Source: Planktomarina sp. (GTDB lineage Bacteria > Pseudomonadota > Alphaproteobacteria > Rhodobacterales > Rhodobacteraceae). Taken from it: 64,000 bases of DNA. Under the pieces are notes generated by a model. That model worked only from the letters and a program-made list of their open reading frames with translations. It had not been told where the DNA came from and did no database searches. Below, piece after piece: positions 26,573 to 37,232 of the stretch (the stretch's first letter is position 1; each line of letters opens with the position of its first letter). The DNA lies in assembly GCF_016780825.1 (NCBI RefSeq), contig NZ_JADHLF010000007.1, one strand, 5' to 3'. The position numbers were made by a program, and so were the translations under genes.

Positions 26573-29002
26573 TTATTGCAAGGGCGCCAGGGTGATCTTG
26601 TTCAGACCGGAAGCCTCCATCAAGCGCGCGGTTTCCTCGGCCAACAGCCGCTCCTGCGCGGCGCCTTGCACCGGAACACGGCCCATTTCGAGAAAGAGCG
26701 GCGCGGCAAAGGGCGACAAACGGTCCAGCTCTTTGTGGTCCAGCCGCCCGGCACAGCGGGCCAGCATCTCCTCAATCCGGTCAAAATCCACCAACCCCCT
26801 ACGGGCCTCTTCGCGGGTGATCTGCATTAATACGTGGTTCGGATCATATTTGAGCAAAGTGTCATAGAGAATATCCGACGAAAACGTCGCCTGCCGGCCT
26901 GATTTTCTCTGCCCCGGCATATTGCGCTCTATGAGACCGGCAATCACGGCACAGCCCCGAAAGCTGCGCTTCATCACCGCATTGCCCGCCAACCACCTCT
27001 CCAGCCCATCCCTCAGCCCCGCGGGAGCCAAAAGCCCTGCCGCATCGCCGAGCGGCTCAAGAGAGAGCAACATCACAGCGTAATCCGTGGCCACGAAACT
27101 CAGCGGGGCCAATCGGGCCTCCTCCATCCGCTTTGAGAGCAAAAGCCCAAGCGTTTGCAGCGCATTGCGCCCGGCAAACCCGTAGACCACCGTTGCAAAG
27201 CGCCCCTCATGAGGGAAGCTCTCGACCAAAAGCCGATCCGCGCGCGGCAGGAGGCTGACGTGGCGCTGCAATGCGATCCAGTCGCGCATATAACCGGGCA
27301 GTTCTGGCCAGTCTTTTTGCTGAAATCCCGCCAATATACGCTGGCTCAATTGAGTAGATGTGGCAAATTTTGTGCCACTGAACGTCGCGATCTTTGGCTT
27401 TTTGCCCGGCTGTTTCGTCACTTCAACGGTCAGATCCCGCAGGCCCTCATAGCGCACCACCTGGCCGCCAATCAAAAAACTGTCCCCAGGTTGAAGCGTT
27501 GCGGCAAAGGCCTCCTCCACTTCGCCCAAGGCACGCCCACCGCGGCCCCTCAGCCGCACCTTGAGGCGATCACTGTCTTGGATGGTGCCAATGTTCATGC
27601 GAATGCGTTGTGCGGCGCGCGGGTCGCGCAATTGCCACTGGCCCTCCGCCGTTTGCCGCAACCGCCGCCACCGATCATAGGCTTTGAGCGCATAGCCTCC
27701 GGTGGCGCAAAACTCGAGGCAGGCGTCAAACTCTGCGCGCGCAAGCTGCGCGTACCGGCCCACTGTTGTGATCTGCCTATAAAGATCATCCGCGTGAAAC
27801 GGCCCGGCGCAGGCGGCGATCAAAATATGTTGGCACAAGACATCGCGGGGTCCCGGCCCCATCGGCTCGCCGTCCAGATCATTTGCGCGCACCGCCTGCA
27901 AAGCGGCGACACATTCCACCACCTCAAACCGATTGGCAGGCACCAAACGGGCTTTTGATGGGCTATTATAGCGATGATTGGCCCGGCCGATGCGTTGCAC
28001 CAGTCGTTTCACGTTCTTTGGCGCACCCACTTGGATCACCAAATCCACATTGCCCCAATCCAGCCCAAGGTCCAGCGATCCTGTGCAAACAATCGCACGC
28101 AAAGCGCCCGCAACCATTGCCGCTTCGACCCTTTCGCGCTGCGCCCGCGACAATGAGCCGTGATGAATGGCGATTGGCAGGTTGTCCTCATTGAATTGCC
28201 AAAGCTTATGAAAGAATATCTCCGCCTGCGCCCGCGTGTTGTGAAAAATTAACACCGTGTTGTGCTGCGCCACCTCGCGCAACACCTGTGGGATTGCATA
28301 GCCGGCCCCGCCGCCAGACCAAGGTGCCGGCGCGTCAATCTGCAACATAGCGATATCGGGCAGAGGGCCGGGCGGCGCCTGAATGATATGACAGGGTGCA
28401 GGATGGCAGGCCATAAAGCCCGCAATCTCCTCTGGATCTTGCACCGTGGCCGATAAGCCAATCCGCTGCATATCTGGACACATATGCTGCAAAGCCGCCA
28501 GTGACAGCATCAGCTGATCCCCGCGTTTCGACTCGCTGAGCGCATGCACCTCGTCAATCACCACCCGTTTAAGCCCCGAAAAGATGCGCTCCGCGTCGCT
28601 ATAGCTGGTCAAAAGCGCCAGGCTTTCTGGCGTGGTCAGCAAGATCTGCGGCGGATCTGCGCGCTGGCGGCGCTTTTGCGTGGCACTGGTGTCGCCGGTA
28701 CGATCCTCGATGCGAATATCCAGCCCCATCTCCTCGGCTGGCCCGCGCAGATTGCGCTTTATATCTGCCGCCAGAGCTTTGAGGGGCGAGACATAAAGCG
28801 TGTGGAGGCCCGCATGGGGGGCCTGCGCCAAATCAGCCAGGCTCGGCAAGAAACCCGCCAAGGTTTTGCCGCAGCCGGTCGGGGCGATCAGCAGGCAAGC
28901 GGGGTTGCCGCGCGCCTCCATGACTTGCAATTGATGCGCATGGGGTTGCCAGCCTTTTTGGGTGAACCAGTCAGTGAGGGCAGCAGGCAAAACATCAGAC
29001 AT
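26573..29002 (-). CDS. Lhr-core DEXH-box helicase
   Basis: APTGCGKT, YVSPLKALA, TTPESL, DEVH, GLSAT, HHGSL and QRIGRANH. Confidence 0.93.
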   Translation of the reverse strand: MSDVLPAALTDWFTQKGWQPHAHQLQVMEARGNPACLLIAPTGCGKTLAGFLPSLADLAQAPHAGLHTLYVSPLKALAADIKRNLRGPAEEMGLDIRIEDRTGDTSATQKRRQRADPPQILLTTPESLALLTSYSDAERIFSGLKRVVIDEVHALSESKRGDQLMLSLAALQHMCPDMQRIGLSATVQDPEEIAGFMACHPAPCHIIQAPPGPLPDIAMLQIDAPAPWSGGGAGYAIPQVLREVAQHNTVLIFHNTRAQAEIFFHKLWQFNEDNLPIAIHHGSLSRAQRERVEAAMVAGALRAIVCTGSLDLGLDWGNVDLVIQVGAPKNVKRLVQRIGRANHRYNSPSKARLVPANRFEVVECVAALQAVRANDLDGEPMGPGPRDVLCQHILIAACAGPFHADDLYRQITTVGRYAQLARAEFDACLEFCATGGYALKAYDRWRRLRQTAEGQWQLRDPRAAQRIRMNIGTIQDSDRLKVRLRGRGGRALGEVEEAFAATLQPGDSFLIGGQVVRYEGLRDLTVEVTKQPGKKPKIATFSGTKFATSTQLSQRILAGFQQKDWPELPGYMRDWIALQRHVSLLPRADRLLVESFPHEGRFATVVYGFAGRNALQTLGLLLSKRMEEARLAPLSFVATDYAVMLLSLEPLGDAAGLLAPAGLRDGLERWLAGNAVMKRSFRGCAVIAGLIERNMPGQRKSGRQATFSSDILYDTLLKYDPNHVLMQITREEARRGLVDFDRIEEMLARCAGRLDHKELDRLSPFAAPLFLEMGRVPVQGAAQERLLAEETARLMEASGLNKITLAPLQ

Positions 29003-29041
29003 GCGCCAATATAACCTTGCCCTCGCAGCATGAAAACACCT

Positions 29042-29944
29042 TTACGCGGTCAATCCTTCCGGCTCGGGCAAATCATGGGCCCGGCAGGTCGCCGTCAAAG
29101 TATTGGCCAGGAGGCAGGCAATGGTCATTGGACCCACGCCACCCGGCACCGGGGTGATCGCCCCGGCCACTTCAGCGCAGCTGGCAAAATCGACGTCACC
29201 CACCAATTTCATCTTGCCCTCGCCTTTTTCCGGCGCAGCAATCCGGTTGATGCCCACGTCAATCACCACAGCACCGGGTTTGATCCAATCGCCCGGGACC
29301 ATTTCCGGACGGCCCACCGCCGCCACCACGATATCGGCCCGGCGCACAACCTCTGGCAGATCCTTGGTCCGCGAATGTGCAATTATGACCGTACAGCTGT
29401 CGCCCAGCAAAAGCTGGGCCATTGGTTTACCGACAATGTTCGAGCGGCCGATGACCACAGCTTCACAGCCTGACAGTGACCCGAAATGATCCCGCAGCAT
29501 CATCAAACACCCCAAAGGTGTGCAGGGCACCATAGATTTTTGCCCGGTGCCCAACAGGCCGACGTTTGAGATATGGAACCCATCAACATCCTTGGCCGGG
29601 TCAATACAGCCGATGACCAATTCCTCGTTTAAATGCTTGGGCAAGGGCAATTGCACCAAAATTCCGTGCACGGCCGGATCGGCATTCAACTGATCGATGA
29701 CTGCAATCAACTCTTCTTCGCTGACAGAGGCGTCTAGCTTGTGCTCAAAAGAGGTCATGCCGACTTCCACCGTCTGCTTGCCCTTTGAGCGCACATAGAC
29801 TTGGCTGGCCGGATCCTCGCCGACCAAAACCACCGCAAGACCGGGCACAATGCCATGGTCCTGCTTCAAGCGCGCCACATGTTCGGCCACCTGCCCGCGG
29901 ACCTGCGCCGCAAAGGCCTTGCCATCAATTAACTGTGCAGTCAT
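29042..29944 (-). CDS. folD: Methylene-THF dehydrogenase/cyclohydrolase
   Basis: [31 protein letters not shown] and [11 protein letters not shown]. Confidence 0.97.
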   Translation of the reverse strand: MTAQLIDGKAFAAQVRGQVAEHVARLKQDHGIVPGLAVVLVGEDPASQVYVRSKGKQTVEVGMTSFEHKLDASVSEEELIAVIDQLNADPAVHGILVQLPLPKHLNEELVIGCIDPAKDVDGFHISNVGLLGTGQKSMVPCTPLGCLMMLRDHFGSLSGCEAVVIGRSNIVGKPMAQLLLGDSCTVIIAHSRTKDLPEVVRRADIVVAAVGRPEMVPGDWIKPGAVVIDVGINRIAAPEKGEGKMKLVGDVDFASCAEVAGAITPVPGGVGPMTIACLLANTLTATCRAHDLPEPEGLTA

Positions 29945-30028
29945 CTTCCATCTCCCAAACCCAGAATTTCTGCCTTCATACGAAAACCCCAAAGACGACT
30001 CCCCCCGCCCAAAGGCGAGGGAATGATC

Positions 30029-31705
30029 CTAGAACAAGCCTTCGATTTCGCCCGCATCATTAAGCATGATGGTTTCGGCAGCCGGCTTGCGCGGCAATCC
30101 CGGCATGGTCATGATTTCGCCGCAGACCACAACAACAAAGCCAGCACCCGCAGAGAGGCGCACTTCACGGACCGGCACAGAATGGCCCACAGGCGCGCCG
30201 CGCAGATTGGGATCTGTGCTAAAGCTGTATTGTGTTTTGGCCATGCAGACCGGCAAATGCCCATAGCCCTGCTCTTCCCAATCCTTCAGCTGATTGCGGA
30301 TCTTTTGATCCATCAAGGCCTCATCGGCGCGGTAAATCCGCTTACAGATGGTTTGGATCTTTTCAGCCAAGGGCATCTCATCTGCGTAGATCGGCGCGAA
30401 ATTGGCCATATCTGCATCGGCAATCTCCGCCACGCGTGTGGCCAAAGCCTCAGCGCCTTTGCCGCCAAATTCCCAATGCTGCGATACGATGGCTTCGGAG
30501 CCTTGCGCCGCGACAAAGTCTTTCACCGCTTGCACTTCAGCCTCAGTATCCGCAACGAAATGGTTGATAGCGACCACCACAGGCACGCCAAAACTCTTCA
30601 GATTTTCGATGTGGCGTCCTAAGTTGGGGCAACCGGCTTTCACCGCCTCGACATTCTCGATGCCAAGATCAGCCTTGGCCACGCCGCCATTCATTTTCAT
30701 CGCCCGCACCGTGGCCACCAGCACCACAGCCGATGGCGCCAGTCCCGCTTTGCGACACTTGATGTTGAGGAATTTCTCTGCGCCCAAGTCGGCCCCAAAT
30801 CCAGCCTCAGTCACCACATAATCGCAAAGTTTCAGCGCGGTTGTGGTGGCGATGACCGAGTTACACCCGTGCGCAATATTGGCAAATGGGCCACCATGCA
30901 CAAAGGCCGGGTTGTTTTCCAACGTCTGCACCAGGTTTGGCTGCATCGCATCTTTCAAAAGGACCGTCATTGCGCCATCTGCCTTGATATCACGGGCAAA
31001 AACAGGGCTGCGGTCGCGACGATAGGCCACGATCATATCGCCGAGGCGTTTTTGCAAATCGGTCAGATCTTTGGCCAAACATAGAATCGCCATGACCTCC
31101 GAGGCAACGGTGATGTCAAAACCTGCTTCGCGTGGGAAGCCATTGGACACCCCGCCCAAAGAGGTTGTGATTTGCCGCAGCGCGCGGTCGTTCATATCGA
31201 CCACCCGGCGCCACACCACGCGGCGCGTATCGATGTCGAGCTCATTGCCCCAATAGATGTGGTTGTCGATCATCGCAGACAAGAGGCTGTGTGCCGAGGT
31301 AATTGCGTGAAAATCACCCGTGAAATGCAGGTTCATATCTTCCATCGGCACGATTTGCGCATAGCCGCCCCCGGCAGCGCCGCCCTTCATCCCGAAATTC
31401 GGGCCCAAAGAGGCCTCGCGAATACAGACCATTGCCTTCTTTCCGATGCGGTTCAAACCATCACCAAGACCGACGGTGGTTGTGGTCTTACCCTCACCCG
31501 CCGGCGTTGGGTTGATGGCGGTGACCAGGATCAACTTGCCATTTTTGCGGTCTTGAACCGAATTGATAAAAGACTGGCTCACTTTGGCCTTATCGTGGCC
31601 GTAAGGCAGCAGGTCTTTGCTCTCGATTCCAATCTTTGCGCCAATGTCCTGAATCAGGGCTTTGGAAGCACCGCGTGCAATTTCAATATCCGATTTATAG
31701 CTCAC
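30029..31705 (-). CDS. fhs: Formate--tetrahydrofolate ligase
   Basis: [29 protein letters not shown] and VTEAGFG. GTG start at 31705. Confidence 0.97.
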   Translation of the reverse strand: MSYKSDIEIARGASKALIQDIGAKIGIESKDLLPYGHDKAKVSQSFINSVQDRKNGKLILVTAINPTPAGEGKTTTTVGLGDGLNRIGKKAMVCIREASLGPNFGMKGGAAGGGYAQIVPMEDMNLHFTGDFHAITSAHSLLSAMIDNHIYWGNELDIDTRRVVWRRVVDMNDRALRQITTSLGGVSNGFPREAGFDITVASEVMAILCLAKDLTDLQKRLGDMIVAYRRDRSPVFARDIKADGAMTVLLKDAMQPNLVQTLENNPAFVHGGPFANIAHGCNSVIATTTALKLCDYVVTEAGFGADLGAEKFLNIKCRKAGLAPSAVVLVATVRAMKMNGGVAKADLGIENVEAVKAGCPNLGRHIENLKSFGVPVVVAINHFVADTEAEVQAVKDFVAAQGSEAIVSQHWEFGGKGAEALATRVAEIADADMANFAPIYADEMPLAEKIQTICKRIYRADEALMDQKIRNQLKDWEEQGYGHLPVCMAKTQYSFSTDPNLRGAPVGHSVPVREVRLSAGAGFVVVVCGEIMTMPGLPRKPAAETIMLNDAGEIEGLF

Positions 31706-31901
31706 TTTAAGTCTCCAATGTGACCGCTTGATCAAAGTATACCGTTGCATGTACCGACATCTGCGACAAACGAGCAGAGTAAATCCGACATTTGCACTCG
31801 CGTGTGCGGCAACTGATTGAGCGCTATGGGGTTCATTGGAAACTCAGGCTTCAACTTTGAAACTTATTTGCTAACATTATGGGATATAGTTGGAGAGGTC
31901 A

Positions 31902-31976
31902 TTGCAGCGATTCATTTTCATTTTGCACATCACCATGCTGATCGGTGCCGCATATCTTATTCTTTGGATTACCTAG
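31902..31976 (+). CDS. Putative 24-aa hydrophobic small protein (not in the ORF track)
   Basis: GGAG RBS at 31892-31895, TTG start 6 nt later, (M)QRFIFILHITMLIGAAYLILWIT then TAG. Confidence 0.4.
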   Translation: MQRFIFILHITMLIGAAYLILWIT

Positions 31977-31996
31977 GCCAAAACAGCCGCCCAGGC

Positions 31997-32599
31997 CTAT
32001 AGAAAGCGCATTTGCCCATCCGCCTGCCAGGCCCGTTGCTCAGGGCAATGCAGGCGCAGCACAACGCCCAATGCCAACGCGCCAGGTCGCTCGACCCAGG
32101 CGGTCACACCGCGCTTGCCCTGTGCATGGGCTTTGAAGAATTTTCCTTGCCCGGGCAGGTCCCGCTCAATGGTCATGCCGACCTGATGGCAGGGGTAATT
32201 TTGCATATCCACCACCACAGTCGTGCCCTGCGGTGCCTGAAGCCGTGACGACGGCGGGATATAGGAAAAGTCTCGGCATCCTGAGACCACCATCGTCGCC
32301 CCCAGCCATTGGGGATTGAAATGCGCAATCTCCATGTCGCGCGCGATCTGGTCTATGTCTTCTTGGCTGACGATGCTGAGCTGCCGCACATTGATGATTT
32401 GAGTGCCCCGCGGATGTTGTTGCAACACGCGGCTGTCCGAGGCGCGGGTCCGGCCGCGATGCGCCGCACCCACAACCCCATCCCAATCCAATTGCAGCTT
32501 TTGGCGCGGCTCTGTCTCAATTTCAATGTCGCGCCGATGGGTGACCACGCCCAGCCATGTGATGGTCAGGTGAACATCTGTTGCCCTCAATGCCGGCAT
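31997..32599 (-). CDS. MOSC-domain protein
   Basis: NVRQLSIVS.E, LGA.MVVSG, NYPC and RGVTAWVERPG. Confidence 0.85.
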   Translation of the reverse strand: MPALRATDVHLTITWLGVVTHRRDIEIETEPRQKLQLDWDGVVGAAHRGRTRASDSRVLQQHPRGTQIINVRQLSIVSQEDIDQIARDMEIAHFNPQWLGATMVVSGCRDFSYIPPSSRLQAPQGTTVVVDMQNYPCHQVGMTIERDLPGQGKFFKAHAQGKRGVTAWVERPGALALGVVLRLHCPEQRAWQADGQMRFL

Positions 32600-32613
32600 C
32601 GCTCCCGCTCCGT

Positions 32614-32649
32614 AATAAAAGCCCCCGCCTTTGATATAAGGCAGGGGCT
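32614..32649 (-). terminator. Intrinsic terminator after ftsH
   Basis: Minus-strand stem AGCCCCTGCCTT / AAGGCGGGGGCT followed by TTTATT. Confidence 0.75.
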
Positions 32650-32656
32650 CAAAATT

Positions 32657-34576
32657 TTAAACCGTCGGCTCAGGTTCCATCCCGCCGCCCCGGCTGCTGC
32701 TCGGCTTTGGCTTGGTTTTGGGAACCGCCGTCACCGATGGTGTGCCGCCCGAAGTCGCGCTGTCATCCTCATCGCCATCCCGGTCAAGGCTCTCGCCCTC
32801 CATCACCTTTTTGATTTCCGCCCCAGTCAGGGTTTCATATTCCAAAAGGCCCTGCGCCAAATTCTCAAAACGCTCTTTATTGTCGACGATGGTCTTCATG
32901 GCCAAATCATAACCATTTTGCACAAAGCTGCGCACCTCAGTTTCGATCAATTCCTTGGTTGCCGCAGAAGTCGACAGGCCCGACGTACGGCCAGAATACC
33001 CCTCCGCCGCTTCGGAATAATCAATATTGCCAACTTTATCCGACATGCCCCAGCGCATCACCATGGCCCGCGCCAGGTTGGAGGCCTGTTGAATATCGCC
33101 TGACGGGCCATTCGACACCTGATCTTCACCATATTTGAAGATCTCAGCTGCCTTGCCCGCCATAATCATCGCCAATTCATCATGGCATTCATCACGATGG
33201 AAGTTGAGACGATCCATTTCTGGCAGGCTCATCACCATGCCGCCCGCACCGCCACGGGCAATGATTGTGGCTTTATACACCGGTTGGCACTTTGGCAAAA
33301 GCGAGCCGACCAAAGCATGGCCTGCTTCATGATAGGCTGTTTTCTCCAATTGTTCCTTGGTGCGCACCATCGAGCGCCGCTCTGCGCCCATAAGGATCTT
33401 ATCCTTGGCTTTCTCAAAATCTTCCATCGTCACCAAACGGCGTCCAATCCGCGCGGCCGCCAGGGCCGATTCATTGACCAAATTGGCCAAATCCGCACCG
33501 GAGAAACCGGGGGTGCCCCGGGCAATGATCCGCAAATCCACATCTGGGCCCGTCGGCAATTTGCGCGCATGCACGCCCAGAATTTTCTCACGCCCTCTCA
33601 GATCCGGACTGGGAACAGTGACCTGCCGATCAAAACGACCCGGGCGCAGCAGCGCGGGATCGAGCACATCTTTGCGGTTTGTCGCCGCCACGATAATGAT
33701 GCCCTCATTGGCTTCAAAACCGTCCATCTCAACCAAAAGCTGATTGAGGGTTTGCTCGCGCTCGTCATTGCCGCCACCGTAGCCAGCACCCCGCGCCCGG
33801 CCCACCGCGTCGATCTCATCAATAAACAAAATGCACGGCGCATTTTTCTTCGCCTGCTCAAACATATCGCGCACGCGGCTTGCACCGACGCCCACAAACA
33901 TTTCAACAAAATCCGAACCGGAAATCGAGAAGAAGGGCACGCCCGCCTCACCGGCAATGGCCCGCGCCAGCAGGGTCTTGCCCGTGCCCGGAGCACCTTC
34001 CAGCAATGCACCTTTCGGAATTTTACCGCCCAGGCGGCTAAATTTTTGCGGATTCTTCAAAAAATCAACAATTTCTTCCAGCTCTTCTTTGGCTTCATCA
34101 ATGCCTGCCACATCGTCAAATGTGACATTGCCTTGCTTTTCCGTCAGCATCTTCGCGCGGCTCTTGCCAAAGCCCATGGCACCGCCCTTGCCGCCGCCCT
34201 GCATCCGGTTCATGAAATAGATCCACACGCCCACAAGGAGCAGGATCGGCAGAAGCGACAAAAGGATTGATTGGAACACCGAGGTTTCTTGCGACTTGGC
34301 GGCAACGCTCACACCTTTTGACACCAACAGATCGCTGACCTGCGCATCACCGGGAACGATCGTGACATATTCCGTGCCATTCGGCCCAGTGTAAATGACC
34401 GTCTCGCCATCCAGCGTGGCGCGGCTGACCTGGCCATTTTGAACCGCCTGAACAAAGTCAGAATAGGTCGTGCTGCGGCTTGAGGCTGTGCTTGCATCCC
34501 CAGAAAACAAACGAAACAGCATCAACAGCAAGATGAACAATACAAACCAAAAGGCGAGGTTGCGTAGATTACCCAA
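32657..34576 (-). CDS. ftsH: ATP-dependent zinc metalloprotease FtsH
   Basis: Two TMs, [26 protein letters not shown] and HEAGH. Confidence 0.98.
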   Translation of the reverse strand: MGNLRNLAFWFVLFILLLMLFRLFSGDASTASSRSTTYSDFVQAVQNGQVSRATLDGETVIYTGPNGTEYVTIVPGDAQVSDLLVSKGVSVAAKSQETSVFQSILLSLLPILLLVGVWIYFMNRMQGGGKGGAMGFGKSRAKMLTEKQGNVTFDDVAGIDEAKEELEEIVDFLKNPQKFSRLGGKIPKGALLEGAPGTGKTLLARAIAGEAGVPFFSISGSDFVEMFVGVGASRVRDMFEQAKKNAPCILFIDEIDAVGRARGAGYGGGNDEREQTLNQLLVEMDGFEANEGIIIVAATNRKDVLDPALLRPGRFDRQVTVPSPDLRGREKILGVHARKLPTGPDVDLRIIARGTPGFSGADLANLVNESALAAARIGRRLVTMEDFEKAKDKILMGAERRSMVRTKEQLEKTAYHEAGHALVGSLLPKCQPVYKATIIARGGAGGMVMSLPEMDRLNFHRDECHDELAMIMAGKAAEIFKYGEDQVSNGPSGDIQQASNLARAMVMRWGMSDKVGNIDYSEAAEGYSGRTSGLSTSAATKELIETEVRSFVQNGYDLAMKTIVDNKERFENLAQGLLEYETLTGAEIKKVMEGESLDRDGDEDDSATSGGTPSVTAVPKTKPKPSSSRGGGMEPEPTV

Positions 34577-34635
34577 GAGAAACTCCTATAAGAACCGCAA
34601 TGTGTCGACACGAGATAGCGTCGGACTTTGACATA

Positions 34636-34662
34636 AGATAGACATCACACCGCTTTATTCAA
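34636..34662 (-). promoter_or_regulatory. RpoH-type promoter of ftsH
   Basis: Minus strand reads TTG-N18-CTATCT, matching the Rhodobacter RpoH-type pattern as I recall it. Confidence 0.55.
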
Positions 34663-34672
34663 CGGGTTACTA

Positions 34673-35893
34673 TCATTCCCAGGGCGGTGAAACCACCTCA
34701 AGCATATCTTTTGGGCCAAATTGCGCCATTGGTGCGGCCAAAAGGGTTTGCCCCTGCCACAGCGCGGGGCTGGCCAAGAGCGCCAAACGCGGCCGGCCAC
34801 TGTCTCGCCAGGCCGGGCATTGCCCGAGACCAGATGGGCCAAGCGCCCGAATTTCATATGATTTTTCAGAACTCACCAGAGAGAGGCGGCCATCCCAAAG
34901 CGCGCCCGCCTGCGCCACCTGCCCCGCAACCGCGGAGAATTCCCGAGAAATCCGCAGCATATTCCCGGGCTGCGGTATTAGGACACATCCGTGCAAGGTC
35001 GTGGTTTTTTTTGCGCCCAGAGCCCGCAGCAGCGCGGAATTTCGCGGCCGATAGGGCTGACCGCTGATCCACTTGAGGGCATCTGCCAGCATGCGCTCGA
35101 CATATTCGCGCGGCAAAGGGCGCAGGGCCTCCCGATCAAACAGCACATCTGTGAAATCAACTTTCGCCACCTGTGGCCAAAGCCCTTGCACAGAAAATTC
35201 CAGAGCCTCTTGAACATGGCGCATGCGTCTGGCGGTTTTGGCCAGTCGAACGCCGGTCAATCCAAGCGCGTCTAGATCCTTTGCCGCCTGGCGCATGCGT
35301 ACACGCATGAAGGCCGGATCCTCATTGCTTGGATCATTGCACCAGCCCTGCCCCTGCGCGCGCAGAAAACTTTGCAAATCCTCCCTCGAAAAGACGAGCA
35401 ATGGCCGCCGCCATTCCATATCGCGATCTGTCCAGCGCCCGCGCATCTCACTCAGACCATCAACGCCAGAGCCGCGCGCCAGGCGGATCAAGAAGCTTTC
35501 CGCCACATCGGTCTGGCTATGTCCCAAACATAGGCAGCGACAGGCCATATCCCTCCCCCAAGCCGCCAGCACGTCATAGCGCGCACGGCGCGCGCGGGCC
35601 TGAAGATTGGGGCCCGACGGCAGATCGCAGGCCGGCAGAATGCTATGGGCTATGCCCAGATTGGCGCACAGCGCGCGGACCCAATGCGCCTCTTGCTTTG
35701 CCTCAGCCCGCAAGCCGTGATCGACAGTGGCAGCGCGCAACTGCGCCTGAGGCAGGGCGGCCCGCAGAGCCAGCAGCAAGGCCACAGAATCCGATCCCCC
35801 CGATACTGCCACCCCGATCACCGCATCTTTCGACACCGGCGCAAAGACCTCAGCGATATGGGACAGGATGTCCTGTGGTGGCTCAAGGCTCAT
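34673..35893 (-). CDS. tilS: tRNA(Ile)-lysidine synthase
   Basis: AVSGGSDS PP-loop, VDHGLR, ARRARY, RPLL and DPSN; upstream of ftsH. Confidence 0.95.
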   Translation of the reverse strand: MSLEPPQDILSHIAEVFAPVSKDAVIGVAVSGGSDSVALLLALRAALPQAQLRAATVDHGLRAEAKQEAHWVRALCANLGIAHSILPACDLPSGPNLQARARRARYDVLAAWGRDMACRCLCLGHSQTDVAESFLIRLARGSGVDGLSEMRGRWTDRDMEWRRPLLVFSREDLQSFLRAQGQGWCNDPSNEDPAFMRVRMRQAAKDLDALGLTGVRLAKTARRMRHVQEALEFSVQGLWPQVAKVDFTDVLFDREALRPLPREYVERMLADALKWISGQPYRPRNSALLRALGAKKTTTLHGCVLIPQPGNMLRISREFSAVAGQVAQAGALWDGRLSLVSSEKSYEIRALGPSGLGQCPAWRDSGRPRLALLASPALWQGQTLLAAPMAQFGPKDMLEVVSPPWE

Positions 35894-36678
35894 GGGCAGG
35901 ACAGCTCAGCCTCGGCCAGCTTGGCATCGGATGCAACCTCCGTCTCGGCATAGCGAAATTGAACTTCACTCAGGGTCAAACACCCCTCCTGCGCATTGCC
36001 CATACGGTGAAACGACAAAGCCAGATGATAAAGGGCCGCGGGCGCCACCTCATTGGCTTCATCCATCGAATAGGCCTCCAAATAGGCCCGCGCCGCCAGA
36101 CGAAACTCCGCACTGTCCATATAGGCATGTCCCAAAAGCAAATGCGCCCGCTGCGTCAGCGGGCCAATGGGGAAGGCCCTAACAAAGTCTTCCAATATTT
36201 GTGCCGCGCTGCGGGTGTCGCCCGACAGCAGCATATCATTGGCCGCATCAAACTCGGCTTGCTCTGATATCGTAAGTATCTCACCGGGCAGAACCAAATC
36301 CAAACCCGAATTGGTATCAGATCCAAGGGGAAGTGTGGCGCCCAATTGCGTGACCTCACAGCCCGGCTCCATGGCGCAAATACGCGCTTCAAGCAGGGCA
36401 ATTGTCTGGGTCGCATCCCTTACAATCGCAGAAATGCGGTAGGCCAGCTCTTCGGTCTGGCCGGTCAAGCGCTGCAGCTCATTTTCAATGGCCACCGTTC
36501 GATCCAACAAGGCGCCATCATTCGCAAAACTGCCCATTTGCGTCGTGGTTAACTCGAGGCGCAGGCGTTTCGTTTCATACAAAAGACCGGCAAGATCTTG
36601 ACGCATATCTGCCAAAGTATCGGCAGAGGCGGGACCCGACAGCCCCGCGATCAAAATCAATGCACGGCCCAGATGCAT
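35890..36678 (-). CDS. cpoB: Tol-Pal-associated coiled-coil/TPR protein CpoB (YbgF)
   Basis: Signal peptide, coiled coil and TPR-like C-terminus; follows pal. Confidence 0.85.
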   Translation of the reverse strand: MHLGRALILIAGLSGPASADTLADMRQDLAGLLYETKRLRLELTTTQMGSFANDGALLDRTVAIENELQRLTGQTEELAYRISAIVRDATQTIALLEARICAMEPGCEVTQLGATLPLGSDTNSGLDLVLPGEILTISEQAEFDAANDMLLSGDTRSAAQILEDFVRAFPIGPLTQRAHLLLGHAYMDSAEFRLAARAYLEAYSMDEANEVAPAALYHLALSFHRMGNAQEGCLTLSEVQFRYAETEVASDAKLAEAELSCP

Positions 36679-37187
36679 CAGCTCAGGCTTTGAGTCAAAA
36701 GGGTGACGGTTCGGCGATTTTTCTCATAGCACCGCTCAGCGCTGCAAATTTCAACAGGCCGCTCTTTGCCATAGCTGCGGGTCTTGAGCCGCAGGCCTGA
36801 AACACCGCGCGCTACAAGATATTCTTGCACCGATTGGGCCCTTCGGAAGCCCAGCGCCAGGTTGTATTCGCGCGTGCCCCGCTCATCCGCATGGCCTTCC
36901 AGAATGATTACGTAGCCTGGGTTGCTCAGAAGCCATTCGGCTTGGATATCCAAAGCGGCCTTGGCGGCGGTATTCAATGTGAATTCATCGACATCAAACA
37001 ACACCGTATCGCCGACGGAATTTTGGAAATAGGCTTCGGAGGTTGGATCGTTCAAATCTTCAGCGCTGATATCATTGTCGTTCCAGCCACTCCCGCCCTC
37101 AAGCCCTTCCGTGTTGTACCTCCCATTGGTATCGGCGCAGGCCGCCAGGGTCACCAGAGCCGCGAGGGCCAGATAGATCGTTCTCAT
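36678..37187 (-). CDS. pal: Peptidoglycan-associated lipoprotein
   Basis: Lipobox LAAC; EGHADERGTREYNLALG and SYGKERP. Confidence 0.96.
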   Translation of the reverse strand: MRTIYLALAALVTLAACADTNGRYNTEGLEGGSGWNDNDISAEDLNDPTSEAYFQNSVGDTVLFDVDEFTLNTAAKAALDIQAEWLLSNPGYVIILEGHADERGTREYNLALGFRRAQSVQEYLVARGVSGLRLKTRSYGKERPVEICSAERCYEKNRRTVTLLTQSLS

Positions 37188-37232
37188 GTTGGTCTCCTTT
37201 CACAGAAACATAGCATCATCAAACCCCCTGCC

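Noticed and set aside
31975..32000. GCCTGGGC on the minus strand upstream of fhs, resembling part of a ZTP (pfl) riboswitch
   Set aside because: The preceding GCCG..C stem and the 5' GUGACUGGCG element are missing.
31817..32002. 61-aa ORF in the fhs-MOSC spacer
   Set aside because: It has a TTG start with no RBS and no motif. The 24-aa ORF in another frame has better signals.
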